NCBI RefSeq assembly: GCF_006345805.1
Contig: NC_043003.1
Location: 79,484,001-79,548,000, forward strand
Length of the DNA: 64,000 bases
Source: Octopus sinensis
Lineage: Eukaryota
Reading direction: 5' to 3'
A program made the position numbers and the translations under genes. The notes under the pieces were generated by a model, which was given only the letters and a program-made list of their open reading frames with translations, was not told the origin of the DNA and ran no database searches. Below, in pieces: positions 39,780-53,066 of this stretch (the stretch's first letter is position 1; each line of letters opens with the position of its first letter).

Positions 39780-40430
39780 TTGTAAGTCTAGTACTTATTC
39801 TATCGGTCTCTTTTGCCGAACCGTTAAATTACGGGGACGTAAACACACCAACATCGCTTGTCGAGCAATGGGTGGGGGGGGGGGCACAGACACGTACACA
39901 CATACATATACGATGAGCTTCTTTCAGTTTCCCTCTACCAAATCCACTCACAAGGATCTGGTCGGCCCAAGGCTATAGTAGAAGGCACTTAACCAAGGTG
40001 TCACGCAGTGGGACTTAACCTGGAATCATGTGGTTGAGAAGCAAGCTTCTTACCATACCGCCACTTCTGAGCTTCTCCTGTATAATCTTTTATCTTTTAC
40101 CTATCTCTTGTGTCAGTCACTAAACGGCGGCCACGCTGGAGCACCACCATGAAGAGTTTTAGTCTGACAAATCGACCATTGTACTTTTTTAAAGCCTGGT
40201 ACTTATACTATCAATCCCGGTTTTCGAACCGCTAAGTTACAGAGGAAAAAACAAATCAACAGCAGTTGTCAAGACATAACCACACACACAAACACACACA
40301 CACATACACACGACGAGCTTCTTTCAGTTTCCGTCTACCAAATCCACTCACAAGGCTTTGGTCGGTTCGAGGCTATAGAAGAAGACACTTGCCCATGTTC
40401 CCATGACGTGGGACTGACCAGGAATCCTGT
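39780..40430 (-). mobile_element. Two SINE family B copies
   Basis: ttattctatcggtctcttttgccgaaccg and ttctttcagtttccgtctaccaaatccactcacaagg modules. Confidence 0.8.
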
Positions 40431-40871
40431 CGTTAGGAAACAAATGACACATCCACGTCTGTACCTTAGAAATATACATGGTGGCGTCCACTCGTGACCG
40501 AAGAAGACCATCATTGATTATTGCCCATGCAAAATGTCAGCAATGGTCGTGCCAAGAATTGCATCCGCGCTTGGTTTCATTCGGAGTCACACCCGCGGCT
40601 TTCATACTCGTATCCGCGGCTTCCATACTCGCACAGTGCACCGGAAAGTCGCCTCGCCAGCGATTGCACAACCTGAAAGTTTTGGTCCAATAAAGCTTGC
40701 AAAACATCTCAGACTCTCACCACCCTTATGACATGATTCGGAGAGAAGCCAGGAAAAGATATCCAGTAACAATATGGGTCGAAGGCCCAGAAATGTGGGA
40801 ACGCCATGATCTTGGGCACACGCAAAAGATTCTTAAAACGTTCAATCCTATTCCCCACGCATGAACACACG

Positions 40872-40913
<42 letters not shown>

Positions 40914-42105
40914 ACACACACACACACACACACAAGTACACATGCACATATGAAACTTCAGTTTCAAGTTTAAAAGTAATAAATTATGTATTTCTGTGAT
41001 TGAAATTTATAAAAAAAAAAAAAAATGAAAGCAAATAAATAACTAAAATAAGTTTAGAAAATTAAGATAAAAAGCAAGACTCCCAAAAGACCATTTCAAT
41101 ATTTCATCGTTAACTGTGTGAAGTTGTAAAAATAGATAAACTTTCAGATTTCTCTGATAAATCAGTGAGGTGTGGAAAATAAGACATTTTATTGTCGCTT
41201 ATAAAGCTTCTTTTGATTAAGAGTTAAGGTCCTTAATTTTGGTCTAGTGTGGTTTACAAGGGTTCTTTCTTGAATATGGGCTTAGTGATCATCAAGTGAA
41301 TCTTTCTTTTTGTCTACGAGTGCATATTTTATCTTTTATTTTTTTACTTGTTTCTATCATTGGCTACGGCCGTGCTGGGGCACTGTCTTGAAGGGTTTAG
41401 TTAAAAAAATCGACCCCAGTGCTTATTTTGTAAGTTTGATACTTATTTTATCGGTCATTTTTGCTGAACTGTTACGTTAAGGAGACGTAAATAAATCAAC
41501 ACCGGTTGTTAAGCGGCGTGAGGAGAAGACACAAGCGGAAATAAAGATACACACACACACACACGCACATATATGTGTACGATTGGGTTCCACACAGCTT
41601 TTGTCTACCGAATTTACTATCGAGGGTATGGTGGAAGATGATTATCCAAGCGGCATTGGGCTTGGACTGAAGATCACGTGGTTGCAAAGCGAGTTTCATA
41701 ACCACAGAGCTATGCCTGTATCCACGTACACGTGTGTTTATGTATGTATGTATGTATGTATGTATGTATGTATGTATGTATGTATGTATATGTATGCACG
41801 CACGCATGCATGCATACACAGGCACACATATTAACACACGCACACATATTAAGACACACGTACGCACACACACACGCGTACACATACATTTTTCGTTTAA
41901 CAAACGAAAGAAGGAATGCTCAAAAATCGCTGGTTTGTAACTGCCAACATATTTCAGTTTATGAACTGCAGAATTCCAATTAAAAATAAAAAGACAAGGA
42001 AGATAGAATAACGGGAACTTAATGATTAAAAATAAAAAGACAAGGAAGATAGAATAACGGGAACTTAATTATCATTTGAATAATTTCGGTGAGTATGCTA
42101 AACAT

Positions 42106-42146
42106 TTCCAGACGTGTTTCTGTCATATTAGACCTCTTCAGTGAAA
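42106..42146 (-). ncRNA. Minimal type I hammerhead motif with one core-adjacent mismatch
   Basis: UUUCA-CUGAAGA-G-GUC-UAAUAU-GAC-A-GAAAC-AC-GUC-UGGAA. Stem I 5 bp; G10.1 faces A instead of C. Confidence 0.65.
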
Positions 42147-42234
42147 CATATAGTACATCGTAATTGCTAAAGTAACGAGGAGAAATGATATGCAGTTATA
42201 CAAAACTGTATATAAGTAGAGATGAGAGATTACT

Positions 42235-42447
42235 CTTACTCTTTTACTCTTTTACTTGTTTCAGTCATTTGACTGCGGCCATGCTGGAGCACCGCCTTTA
42301 GTCGATCAAATCGACCCCAGGACTTATTCTTTGTAAGCCCAGTACTTATTCTATCGGTCTCTTTTGCCGAACCACTAAGTGACGGGGACGTAAACACACC
42401 AGCATCGGTTGTCAAGCAATGCTAGGGGGACAAACACAGACACACAA

Positions 42448-42478
<31 letters not shown>

Positions 42479-42640
42479 CATACATATATACGACGGGCTT
42501 CTTTCAGTTTCCGTCTACCAAATCCACTCACAAGGCTTTGGTCGGCCCGAGGCTATAGTAGAAGACACCTGCCCAAGGTGCCACGCAGTGGGACTGAACC
42601 TGGAACCATGTGGTTGGTAAACAAGCTACTTACCACACAG
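42235..42640 (-). mobile_element. SINE family B, near full length
   Basis: Same modules as the 18042 copy. Confidence 0.9.
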
Positions 42641-42924
42641 CATATATAAAATAAATAAATCGCAGAGGTTAATTGCGTACAAGCACAATCTATATATAAA
42701 AAACAGTAACTGACGTATGTCCGTGAGTTCCAAGTATCTTTTGTTGGCTGCATAAGTACATCTATGTTTGAATTTTGATGATCGTTAGATTAAAATATGT
42801 TAACACCAACTTCAACATTGCTTTTCATATCTATAGCTTCTCTAATATAATTAACCAGCAAGAAATGTCTTTTCTACACTATATGGTAGTCGAGTATTTT
42901 TATTTTTGGCATAAATGCTAACTA

Positions 42925-43337
42925 ACAAGTTACATACATACATACATTTATAAATACATATATACACACACACATACACACACACATACATACATAGATG
43001 CATACATACATACATAATACATACATGCATACATACATACATACATACATACATACATACATACATACATACATACATACATACATACATACATAATGCA
43101 TACATACATACATACATACATACATACATACATAGATGCATACATACATACATACATACATAGATGCATACATACATACATACATACATACATACATACA
43201 TACATACATAGATGCATACTACATACATACATACATACATACATACATACATACATACATACATACATAGATGCATACATACATACATAATACATACATG
43301 CATACATACATACATACATACATACATACATACATAC
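42925..43337. repeat. (TACA)n compound microsatellite
   Basis: Direct reading; source of the MYVC/HTYI ORFs. Confidence 0.97.
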
Positions 43338-43769
43338 AGTGAATTCCTTGGCTTCACAATTCGCGTCCTTCACGCCCCTGCGGTCTTCATGAGAACAAAT
43401 TCACTTTTTGTTCGCGTTCATTTTATAAACATTTGAGTGGGTGGTTATGGTTCTCAAGATATAATAAAATACGGGGGGGGGGGGGAAGTAGATATCAGAA
43501 TCATCATCACTACAAAACTAATAAAACAACGAAATAATGTTTAAAGCAAATCTAAATGAAAAATAAAAATAGAAGAACACGTTTATAAATAAAAATATAG
43601 TCGACCACTGACAACAGAATATAAACTACGAACTAGTAAATGATAAAAACCTTCCAATAAAAGCAACAGCTATTTGCGACGAAAAAAAGAAAAGAACCAA
43701 AAAAGCTAAAAGATGCAATAGTACAAAAGAATGTTAGAAAACAACCAATGAAATGATAATCACATGCTC

Positions 43770-44935
43770 CAAAACATCGTTTTATTGGACTTTGCCAAAG
43801 CTTTTGACTCGGTAAACCACCGCCTATTACTTGTCAAGCTTCAAGCATATAGTTTCCATCCGGATATCGTACGATGGGTTGGTGCCTTCCTCTCAGATCG
43901 CTCCTTCCAAGTCCAAGTTAATGGTTCGCGGTCCGACGTCTCCAGTGCGAGCAGTGGCATGCCTCAAGGTTCAGTGTTTGGGCCCTTATTGTTCTTAGTC
44001 TTCATAAATGACTTGCCCGACGACCTCACGCAACACACCCTTCTATTTGCCGACGATATCAAACTGGTCGCTCCTCGCGGTGATATAGAGGATCTACGTT
44101 GATGCCTTCACCAAATTTGCAGATGGTCTAACGAATGGGACCTGTGTCTGAACGTGTCAAAGTGCTGTTATCTGCCTGTTGGCTCTCCTCCTGCAACTCA
44201 ACTTGATTTCGAGCCGGGTTGTCTGCTGCTGGAGAGGACCGATCAGGTAAAGGACCTGGGTATCTTGGTGGATTCCTCCTTTTCGCCTTCGGCCCAGTGC
44301 GTCCATGCTGCCAACAAAGCACGCGGAATTCTGTTCTTGATTCGACGGTCATTCGGAATGCTCACAGCAGCCATATTCCTACCGCTCTATGTCACGCTGG
44401 TGAGACCCATATTGGAGTACGGGATTCAAGCCTCTTCTCCTTATCTCCTCAGAGACATACAGCATTTCGAAAGAGTCCAGAAGCTGGCTACCCGCATGGT
44501 TCTTGGTCTCAAGCATTTGTCTTATGAAGAAAGGCTGAAGACGCTCGACCTTTATTCTCTAGAAAAACGACGACGCCGTGGAGATCTCATTCTTGCTCAC
44601 AACATCATAAGCGGAAAGTGTAAGCTCTCGAAAGAGCTGTTCTTCACTCCTGCTCCAGAGCGTCGGCTGCGGGGTCATTCCGAAAAGCTCTATCTGCAAC
44701 GATTTCATCTCAATCGAAGGAGAGGGGCTTTCTCCGTCCGGGTTGCGGATCCGTGGAATAAGCTGCCAGACGAGATGGTGAAGATGCCGACGACCGCTCG
44801 GTTCAAAGTCTCCCTTGACCTCAAGTGGCCTGAACTCTTTACATGAACACCACCCTGAACATAACTCCATGTCCCCCTACATGGCTTTGCTTTTTGCTTT
44901 TTGAGCCAAAAAATTAACTAACTAACTAACTAACT
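43770..44935 (+). mobile_element. CR1-like LINE, 5'-truncated, relatively well preserved
   Basis: LDFAKAFDSV, SGMPQGSVFGPLLFLVFINDL, LFADDIKL, LVRPILEYG, LYSLEKRRRRGDLI. One stop at 44100. Tail (TAAC)n. Confidence 0.92.
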
Positions 44936-45299
44936 AAAACGCAAAATGAACATTAATAGTTGTAAATCAAACAGTTCTCACATGTGGATTGCTGTAGCAT
45001 GAAACTTGAATCAAGAGACGAAGAGATCCAGTTTAAATAACTAAATATTGCTCATTGCAACATTGAGTGCCCTCTGTGTGGTTCATTGGCAAACAAGAAA
45101 ATGTGAATGTGTGTGTGAGAGAGTATGTGTGTGTATGTGTGTGTCCGCGTGTCCAATTGAATGTACAGGAACAGATGCACACACCACGTTTAACAGAAGA
45201 TATAACATATGTGTATGTATTGCAGCTTTTTAATACTTTTTTTATTTTTCAAAATTAAGATAAACAAAGTTCTTTTTTAATCTAAAATATACTCTCCTT

Positions 45300-46320
45300 C
45301 ATTTTCTACAATGCTCCTCCATCGGTAGGCTTGCAAGGCCTCTATTCCAAAATTCACTTCTCCGTGACGAAAAATACTCCTCCAATACTATTCTGACTTC
45401 GTGTACAGAATTCATATTTTTTCCGTCCAAATGATTTTGAAGCCTGTAGAATTAACGATAATCAGATGGGGCAATGTTCGGTGGGTGGGGCATTCAAACT
45501 GCGCCAGCCATTAAAATGGCATCCTCGCAGTATGTGACCAAACATTATCCTGATGGAAGAACACTTTTTGTCTTGAAACCAAAGTTGGTCGTTTTTCTTC
45601 TAGCGCTGACTTAAGCCGCTCCAGCTGATTTAGGTTTAAAAGTTTTAAGTGGACGAAATATTTCATATCCAACTAAACAAATAACAACACTTGCCGTGGT
45701 TGAAGACCTTCTTTAGTCTGGAGTGCCGGTGTTTTTCCTTTCTCTACCCACTGTCTTCGGTTTTTATAGAGAACCCATTTCTCATCACCAGTCACTATTC
45801 AGTCCAAAGAAGATTCATTCGTGAGACGTGACAGCAAAGAAGAGTTCACACACACTCTGCGCGCGATTAGACTCAGAAAGTATGTGAGGAACCCATTGAC
45901 CCAATTTGCTGACTTTTCTGATGGCACGCAAGTGTCGATGAATGGATGAGTGACCAAGTCCAAACGTCACTGCTAGTTCCTCAACAGTTACGATGGGACT
46001 TTGTTCCACCAGAGTTTGCAGGACATCCTCATCGAGCTCTAAGGATCTTCCAGAACGAAGCTCATTTTCTTGGAGGTAGTTTTTGGCTTGGGACTTCTAT
46101 AACCCTCGTTGACATTGGCTTACGCTTATTGTCCGATCCCCGTATACTATATAAATATTCCCCGCACTTGCCGTCGCGCTGTTGCTTTTATTGAACTCAA
46201 AAAGCAAAATATGCCGAATATATTCCTTTGTCACTTCCGATATAGCTTTGAAAAAATACCTGTTAAAATCGAAATCCACTCTTGAAAATTCGCACTAAGA
46301 ATAAGTACAAGGTAAAATTA
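45300..46320 (-). mobile_element. Decayed mariner transposase remnant
   Basis: HILLFEFNKSNSAT...IYIVYGDRTIS (N-terminal HTH), KLGQWVPHILSE (WVPHxL), and FFHQDN near 45550-45565. Confidence 0.75.
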
Positions 46321-46333
46321 ATGCCTGGTTTTA

Positions 46334-47626
46334 CGAGGGACGTTCAATAAGTAATGCCTCTGACCCACTTGCAATTGTTTGATCTAGCTGAAAATTCTGC
46401 ATGTGCAATCATTTATATCTCTATAGAGTAAGTGGCAAATTACAGCTCTGAATTAATTGCGGTTTCTGATTTACAGGTGTTTGAACCGAGTCAAGTGTGA
46501 AATGGAGCCTGTTGAGTGTCAAGCAGGGATCCGGTTTTTGTATTTGAAAGGACGCACACCACGGGAGACTTTTGATTAAATGAGAGTAACTTATGGTGAT
46601 GATGCCCCACCATATGAACTTGTAAAACGCTGGCATCGTGAATTCAAACATGGTCGGAACTCTGTGGAAACAGCTCCCAGATCTGGTCGCCCTCTTCTGC
46701 CATTGATGAGGCATCTGTCCGTCAAGTTGAGGCTGCCATTTTGGAAGATCGACGCATAATTATTCGCCAAATAGCCCATGAGGTCAAGATTAGTACCGGG
46801 TCTGTGGAAACTATCATTCATGACCATTTGCATATGCAAAAGGTATCTGCCAGATGGATTCCCAGGTTGCTCACGCCTTTCCAGAAGCAAGAACGCGTCG
46901 AGTGCTCGAGGGTGAATTTGGAGATGTGCCAAGAAGATGAGTCAAAATTTTTCAAAAGACTGATTACACAGGATGAAACCTGGGTCCATCACGATGACCC
47001 AGAGACCAAAGCCCAGTCAATGCAGTGGAAGCACCGTGACTCACCCCCTCCAAAAGAAGGCAAGGGTGAAGCCCTCCGCTGGCAAGTTCATGCTCACAGT
47101 CTTCTGGGACCAGGACGGAGTAGTGATGACAGATTTCCTGGCAAAGGGTACCACAATTGCAGGAGCCTATTATGCTTCACTTTTGAAGAAATTAAGAGAA
47201 GCTATCAAAATCAAGAGGCGGGGCAAGATCAGCAAAGGCATCCTCCTCCTGCAGGACAACGCTCCGGTCCACAACTCGCTTGTCGCCAGATCAGAAGCAC
47301 AGGCGTATGGCTATGAACTCCTCCCCATCCCCCCTACTTTCCTGACCTTGCACCCTCTGATTTTCACCTCTTCCCAATCATGAAGTTGTTTTTGAAAGGA
47401 AAGCATTTCCTAGATGATGCAGCCTTGATTTCTGAAATCACGTTGAGGTTGGAGGACCAAGCTGGGTTCTTCTACAAAAACGGTCTTCAGAGCCGCATCA
47501 AACGATGAGAGAAATGCGTAACTCTGGGTGGTTCCTATGTAGAAAAATACTAATAACTGTGCCAAGTTTCGCTGCTCTACTGCTATGGGAAGTGGGTCAG
47601 GGGCATTACTTATTGAACGCCCCACG
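46334..47626 (+). mobile_element. Full-length (1293 bp) mariner element, irritans-like, frameshifted
   Basis: TA|cgagggacgttcaataagtaatgcc ... ggcattacttattgaacgccccacg|TA. Motifs WIPRLLT, ITQDETWVHH, LLQDNAPVH. Confidence 0.93.
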
Positions 47627-47793
47627 TATAACAAGTTGATACAGGTAGTTTATCCCGTCCCCTCTCACTTTTACTTCACGCAATTGAAAAAAACCGTATT
47701 ATTTATAGGATTACCCAATATGTAACTATGTATATATATATATATGTATGTGTGTTTGTGTACGTATATGTGTATGTACATATATATATGTAT

Positions 47794-47865
<72 letters not shown>

Positions 47866-48118
47866 TGTTTTGTCTGGGGAGAGTCCTATTGTCTTAAGGT
47901 CTTGTTATCTAACACACCGGTTCGATTTCCATTCATTTTGCCGCAGTCACATGACTGAAACAAGTAAAAGAATAAAAGTATAAATATTGTTTCTTCCAGA
48001 ATCTTCGTTGCTTTTGCAACATTGTCACTAGATGTTGACTCTGACCGTTACTGGTGCTGGGTTCCTTGTCTCTTTGGTCAGATACAAAAACGAAGTATAT
48101 ATATATATATATATATAT

Positions 48119-48450
48119 ATACTAAGTAATTAAGGGTTTAGCAACGATTTGCCTCACCACACACCGAATTTAGAAATAGCAGTCAAAAAGTTTTGGCTAT
48201 TCTTTCTACTTAAAAGGGAGATCCAGTAAAACCAAAGCACTTAAAAAACAAACGACGCAGGTAAAAGAGAAAGAAATGACGATTGTCGTCATTTCTTTCT
48301 CTTTTGCCTGCGTTGTTTGCCTTTTAAGTGATGTGGTTTTACTGGGATCTCCCTTTTAAGTAGAAAGAATAGCCAAAACTTTTTGACTGTTATTTCTAAA
48401 TTCGGTGTGTGGTGAGGCAAATCGTTGCTAAACCCTTAATCACTTAGTAT
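48119..48450. repeat. Palindrome with about 165-bp arms and a 3-nt loop
   Basis: atactaagtaattaagggtttagcaacg...gaaatgacga ttg tcgtcatttc...cgttgctaaacccttaatcacttagtat. Confidence 0.93.
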
Positions 48451-48547
48451 TACTTAAACCTTCCTTGAATGGGGCTTTTACATGCCGAACTCTACTTGGT
48501 GAAATTAATGATTAGTTCTAAATTAATTAATTTCACCCTTATTATTG

Positions 48548-48588
<41 letters not shown>

Positions 48589-48727
48589 TAATATATATAT
48601 ATAATATATATATATTATATATATGTATGTATGTATATATGTATATACACATATATTTGATAAAAATGGTAAGACAGCAACAGAATGAAAGAGAACTCGA
48701 TATTATGTTAATAGAGGAATTTATCTG

Positions 48728-48923
48728 TAAATGTAATGTGTGACAATTATTCGGTAGCCATGATAAAACTCCGAGTTTCGGATGCCGAGGTGGAAATCCA
48801 CGCCGCCATCTCTTCAGTTATTCAGCCGGATAACTGAAGAGATGGCGGCGTGGATTTCCACCTCGGCATCCGAAACTCGGAGTTTTATCATGGCTACCGA
48901 ATAATTGTCACATATTACATTTA
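48728..48923. repeat. Near-perfect palindrome (94-bp arms, 1 mismatch, 8-nt loop) containing two outward-facing hammerhead-like motifs
   Basis: 48728-48821 is the reverse complement of 48830-48923 except at one position. Confidence 0.95.
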
Positions 48924-49167
48924 TATGTATATATATATAATATATATATATATATATTATATATATATATTATAATATATATATATATATAATATATATA
49001 TATATATTCTTCTATTTCGGGATGTCATTTTTTTTTTGCCAAATAAACATACGCACTATATACGTGGGTTTATTTGGTAAAAAAACCCAGAAAATGACAA
49101 TTTCGAAATGCAACAATATCTGTTTCAACACATGATTTCACACCAGGAGTCAGTAGGTGTACTGACA

Positions 49168-49430
49168 AGTATTATTCATAGCCACTTCAACATGGCTGTC
49201 CGTTTGAGCGGACTCTACTCTTTTTTATTTTAAACCCAAGAGGACATCTCCTCTAAATGGTTAACGATGCACAGGTGCATCCGATAATATTGCGTGGAAG
49301 GGGTTCGACCCCACTCCCCGCAATTTTATTGGATGCAGCTGTGCATCGTTAACCAGCCTCTAGGGTTTAAAAAAATCGCAGTAGAGTCCCCTCGAACTAA
49401 CAACCATGTTAAAGTGGCTACGAATGTTAC
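49168..49430. repeat. Imperfect palindromic MITE-like element
   Basis: tagccacttcaacatgg / ccatgttaaagtggcta; tggttaacgatgcacag / ctgtgcatcgttaacca. Confidence 0.75.
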
Positions 49431-50205
49431 TCATATATGTATATATATATATATAATATATATATACATGTGCATATATATGTATGTATATATATATATA
49501 TATATAAAACTCAACTTGTGTGCCTGTGTGTGTATCTCTGTGTGTTCAACTTCCCGGCACAATCCTCCTAGCCAACAAATCGTAGAACCACCAAAAATGA
49601 GTCACTTACAGTTTAGGCGAATGAAAATTGAACTGCGCTATTTCTGTTCCGAAATTCATCCCGTAAGTGCAAAAATCAACAATGTGTTTGTTTAGGCCTT
49701 ATCCCATGCATTGAATAGTGAACTTTACTCAGTCAGCTGTTTGACGTGAACTGTGTTCACCACGCGTGCAAGCATGCGTAAATTGCATGAAAAATAAAAA
49801 AAATCAAGATATAAAAACGAATCGCCGTAAACATTGTAGAAATTCCGCAAAGAAATGAATTTTCGGGATGTAGCCTGGATGGATTTTTTTTTATTAATCG
49901 TTTGGACTTTGTGAACACATACCAATTGTTTTCATAACATTTTTAACGCTTTGAATTAAAGGTGACCATTTTGCGTTGAGTCTGCAGATTGAATCACTTT
50001 AACCAAATTTTAGCAGGCCGGATTTTTGATCATCACGGTACATCGCCAGCGACTCCCTGAAACTATCCCCTGAAATCCCCGTTGAGAAATTTATATATAT
50101 AAAACTCAACTTGTGTGTCTGTAAGTATCTGTGTGTGTGTCTGTGTGTTTAACTTTTGGATCTACCAAGTTTCATTATTAAAGATGGAAAGTAGTGTGTA
50201 GCAAA

Positions 50206-50597
50206 TCTATATATATATAAAGCTGAAGTTGTCTGTGTGAGGCAGGTTTGGTAGCCTTCAACTAACACTATCTCCTTCGAGACCCTGCAGCACAAGTTGA
50301 CCAAAAATGAGAATATGATAGAAGAAGGCTTGCTCTTCATTCTGTAGAAGATAAAATTCAAATCGGACCATGTTAACACCAAAAATTATTTACATCAAAA
50401 AGGTGCTTTTTTTCTATGAAAATCCCTATTTTTTTACGATTTTTGACTGCTGTGTCACCATTTTTCGATGTATTTCAACTGGAAAAATGTTCACTTGAAG
50501 AGAATAACAAGTTGCATACTGCAGAATTTTTACTTTTCAAAAATTCCAACTCTAAAGGGTCGAAACAAACCCAAGCAACACCGGGTGATACTGCTAG
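50206..50597 (+). mobile_element. Non-autonomous Helitron
   Basis: A|TCtatatatatataaagc ... cccaagcaacaccgggtgatactgCTAG|T. Confidence 0.8.
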
Positions 50598-50613
50598 TAT
50601 ATATATATATATA

Positions 50614-50822
50614 TAAGGCGGCCATCTGACAGAAACTTTAGCACGCCGGGCGGAATGCTTAACACTATTTCGTGTCTTTACGTTCTGAGTTCAAATTCCA
50701 CCGAGGTCGACTTTGCCTGTCATCCTTTCGGGATCGATAAATTAAGTACCAGTTGCGTACTGGGGTCGACCTAATCGACTGGCCTCCTCCACCAAAATTT
50801 CGGGCCTTGTGCCTAGAGCAGA
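50614..50822 (+). mobile_element. SINE family A
   Basis: aaggcggccatctgacagaaactttagcacg...gactttgcctgtcatcctttcggg... Confidence 0.85.
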
Positions 50823-50873
50823 AAAGTATAAAAATATATATATATGTATATATACATACATACATATATATAT

Positions 50874-50944
<71 letters not shown>

Positions 50945-50946
<2 letters not shown>

Positions 50947-51343
50947 TCTTTACTCTTTCTTTTACTCTTTTACTTGTTTCAGTCATTTGACTGCGGCCAT
51001 GCTGGAGCACCGCCTTTAGTCGAGCAATCGACCCCGGGATTTATTCTTTGTAAGCCCAGTACTTATTCTATCGGTCTCTTTTGCCGAACCGCTAAGTGAC
51101 GGGGACGTAAACCACACCAGCATCGGTTGTCAAGCAATGTTAGAGGGACAAACACAGACAAGCATATACACACATACATATATATATATATATACATATA
51201 TACGACAGGCTTCTTTCACTTTCCGTCTACCAAATCCACTCACAAGGCATTGGTCGGCCCGGGGCTATAGCAGAAGACACTTGCCCAAGATGCCACCCGG
51301 AACCATGTGGTTGGTAAGCAAGCTACTTACCACACAGCCACTC

Positions 51344-51345
<2 letters not shown>
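50945..51345 (-). mobile_element. SINE family B
   Basis: Same modules as the 18042 copy. Confidence 0.88.
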
Positions 51346-51404
<59 letters not shown>

Positions 51405-51626
51405 GTGTGTATATGTATGTATGTAGAAATATTTAACCTCATAAACAGTGAGTATTGTTTGATCGCAACTGTTTCAAGATGTGTAAGATAAATATTTATG
51501 TAAAAGTACTTACATCTACTTAGAAAATTCTATGACTCTTCAATAAATTGTCTAATCTTTGAACCTCACCCTATTTGTCTGTCTCTCTCTCTCATCCCAT
51601 CGCACTTACACACACACACACACACA

Positions 51627-51667
<41 letters not shown>

Positions 51668-51782
51668 CATCTATCTCTCCCTTTGCCACCTTCCTCTCTG
51701 TTTCCCCTAATCTGTCTCACTCTGTGTGTAGTATTTACTAGGTATTGTTTTTTAGAATTTGCCTATACTTGTTTGTTTGTTT

Positions 51783-51825
<43 letters not shown>

Positions 51826-52759
51826 CTTTTTATCTTCTTTTGTTTTTCTCCCCTCATTAGGGATCTCTTCTGTTGCTTTCGCAGTTTTCAATTTTCTTAG
51901 TTTTGCTATTTTTGCCTTCAAATATGGTGTACTGATATAGTTTTGTATGCTAATTATGAAAATGAAATTCACTTTTGCCACAAATTAACGAACAATAAAT
52001 CAATAGCTTTTAAAGTTTGCAAATTTTGGGTAATTTCAGCCAATCGAAAGCCACAGATACATTGATGGCTGCTTCCTTAGTAACAAGCCATGCAGTAGTC
52101 TCCTTAATACTACCCCTACATGTATCTTTACCTGTTTTCTCTGACGAACACTAATTTTCTGAACTTTCGTTTTTGAATTTTCGCTACATAGAATGTATTA
52201 ATTGTTTACCTCAACTGAACCATTGCTACAGTATAACGTATAGATTTTTTTGTAATTTGTCGCAAAAAAAAAAGTTTCATTGATGATTTTTCCTTTATAA
52301 ATCGTTTACTTTCCAGTTCACCCGCATATTTTGTCTTATTACATCTGGCAGAAGAAATTTATGGCTCTTTTGTGTTGATGTCATAGTTTTTAAAGTTTTA
52401 ATGAAGTAAAAAATTTCAAATTTGGTATATTGGTGTAATTTTTCACGCTGAATCTGATTTTGTTATTCCTCTTTTTCTTTTCTTTCTTTCTTTCTTTTTT
52501 CGTTCTTTCTTTCTTTCTTTCTTTCTTTAGGTAAAGTCTGGGGTATCGTTTGCTAAAAATGAAAATACGGGTTGGTCATTGTTGGACTACCATTGATAAG
52601 AGAAATGTTCGTTTATTAACTACAAAAGTTACTACAAATTATACAACAGGACTCAAAGAGATTGATTAGCAATATCCTAAGAGAGAATAAAAAAAAACCG
52701 AGAGAGAAAAGTTGTGTTGGGATTACCGGTTCTTTTTGGGATTTACGATATATATATAT

Positions 52760-53012
52760 ATTGCAGTGATTGTTCCGGCTCCTTGTATTCTTAGTTCAAA
52801 CCATGCCATGGGTGGTAAGCTTAATCTATCACTCAGTTTAACCCCGACACCTTGGCACCTAGAGTGACTTTAGCAGACTCCCCTTCCTGTTGCAAGCTTT
52901 CTACCCAAATGTCCGCTTTTATCATAACTCACACACACTTGTGTGATTTTTGCTACCCTGGTAACTATTTATCTATTTTTCCGTGTTAATTGCTAACAAG
53001 GGAAAATACACA

Positions 53013-53066
<54 letters not shown>

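Noticed and set aside
40478-40860. GC-richer block with short ORFs
   Set aside because: No recognisable protein motif or termini; left unclassified.
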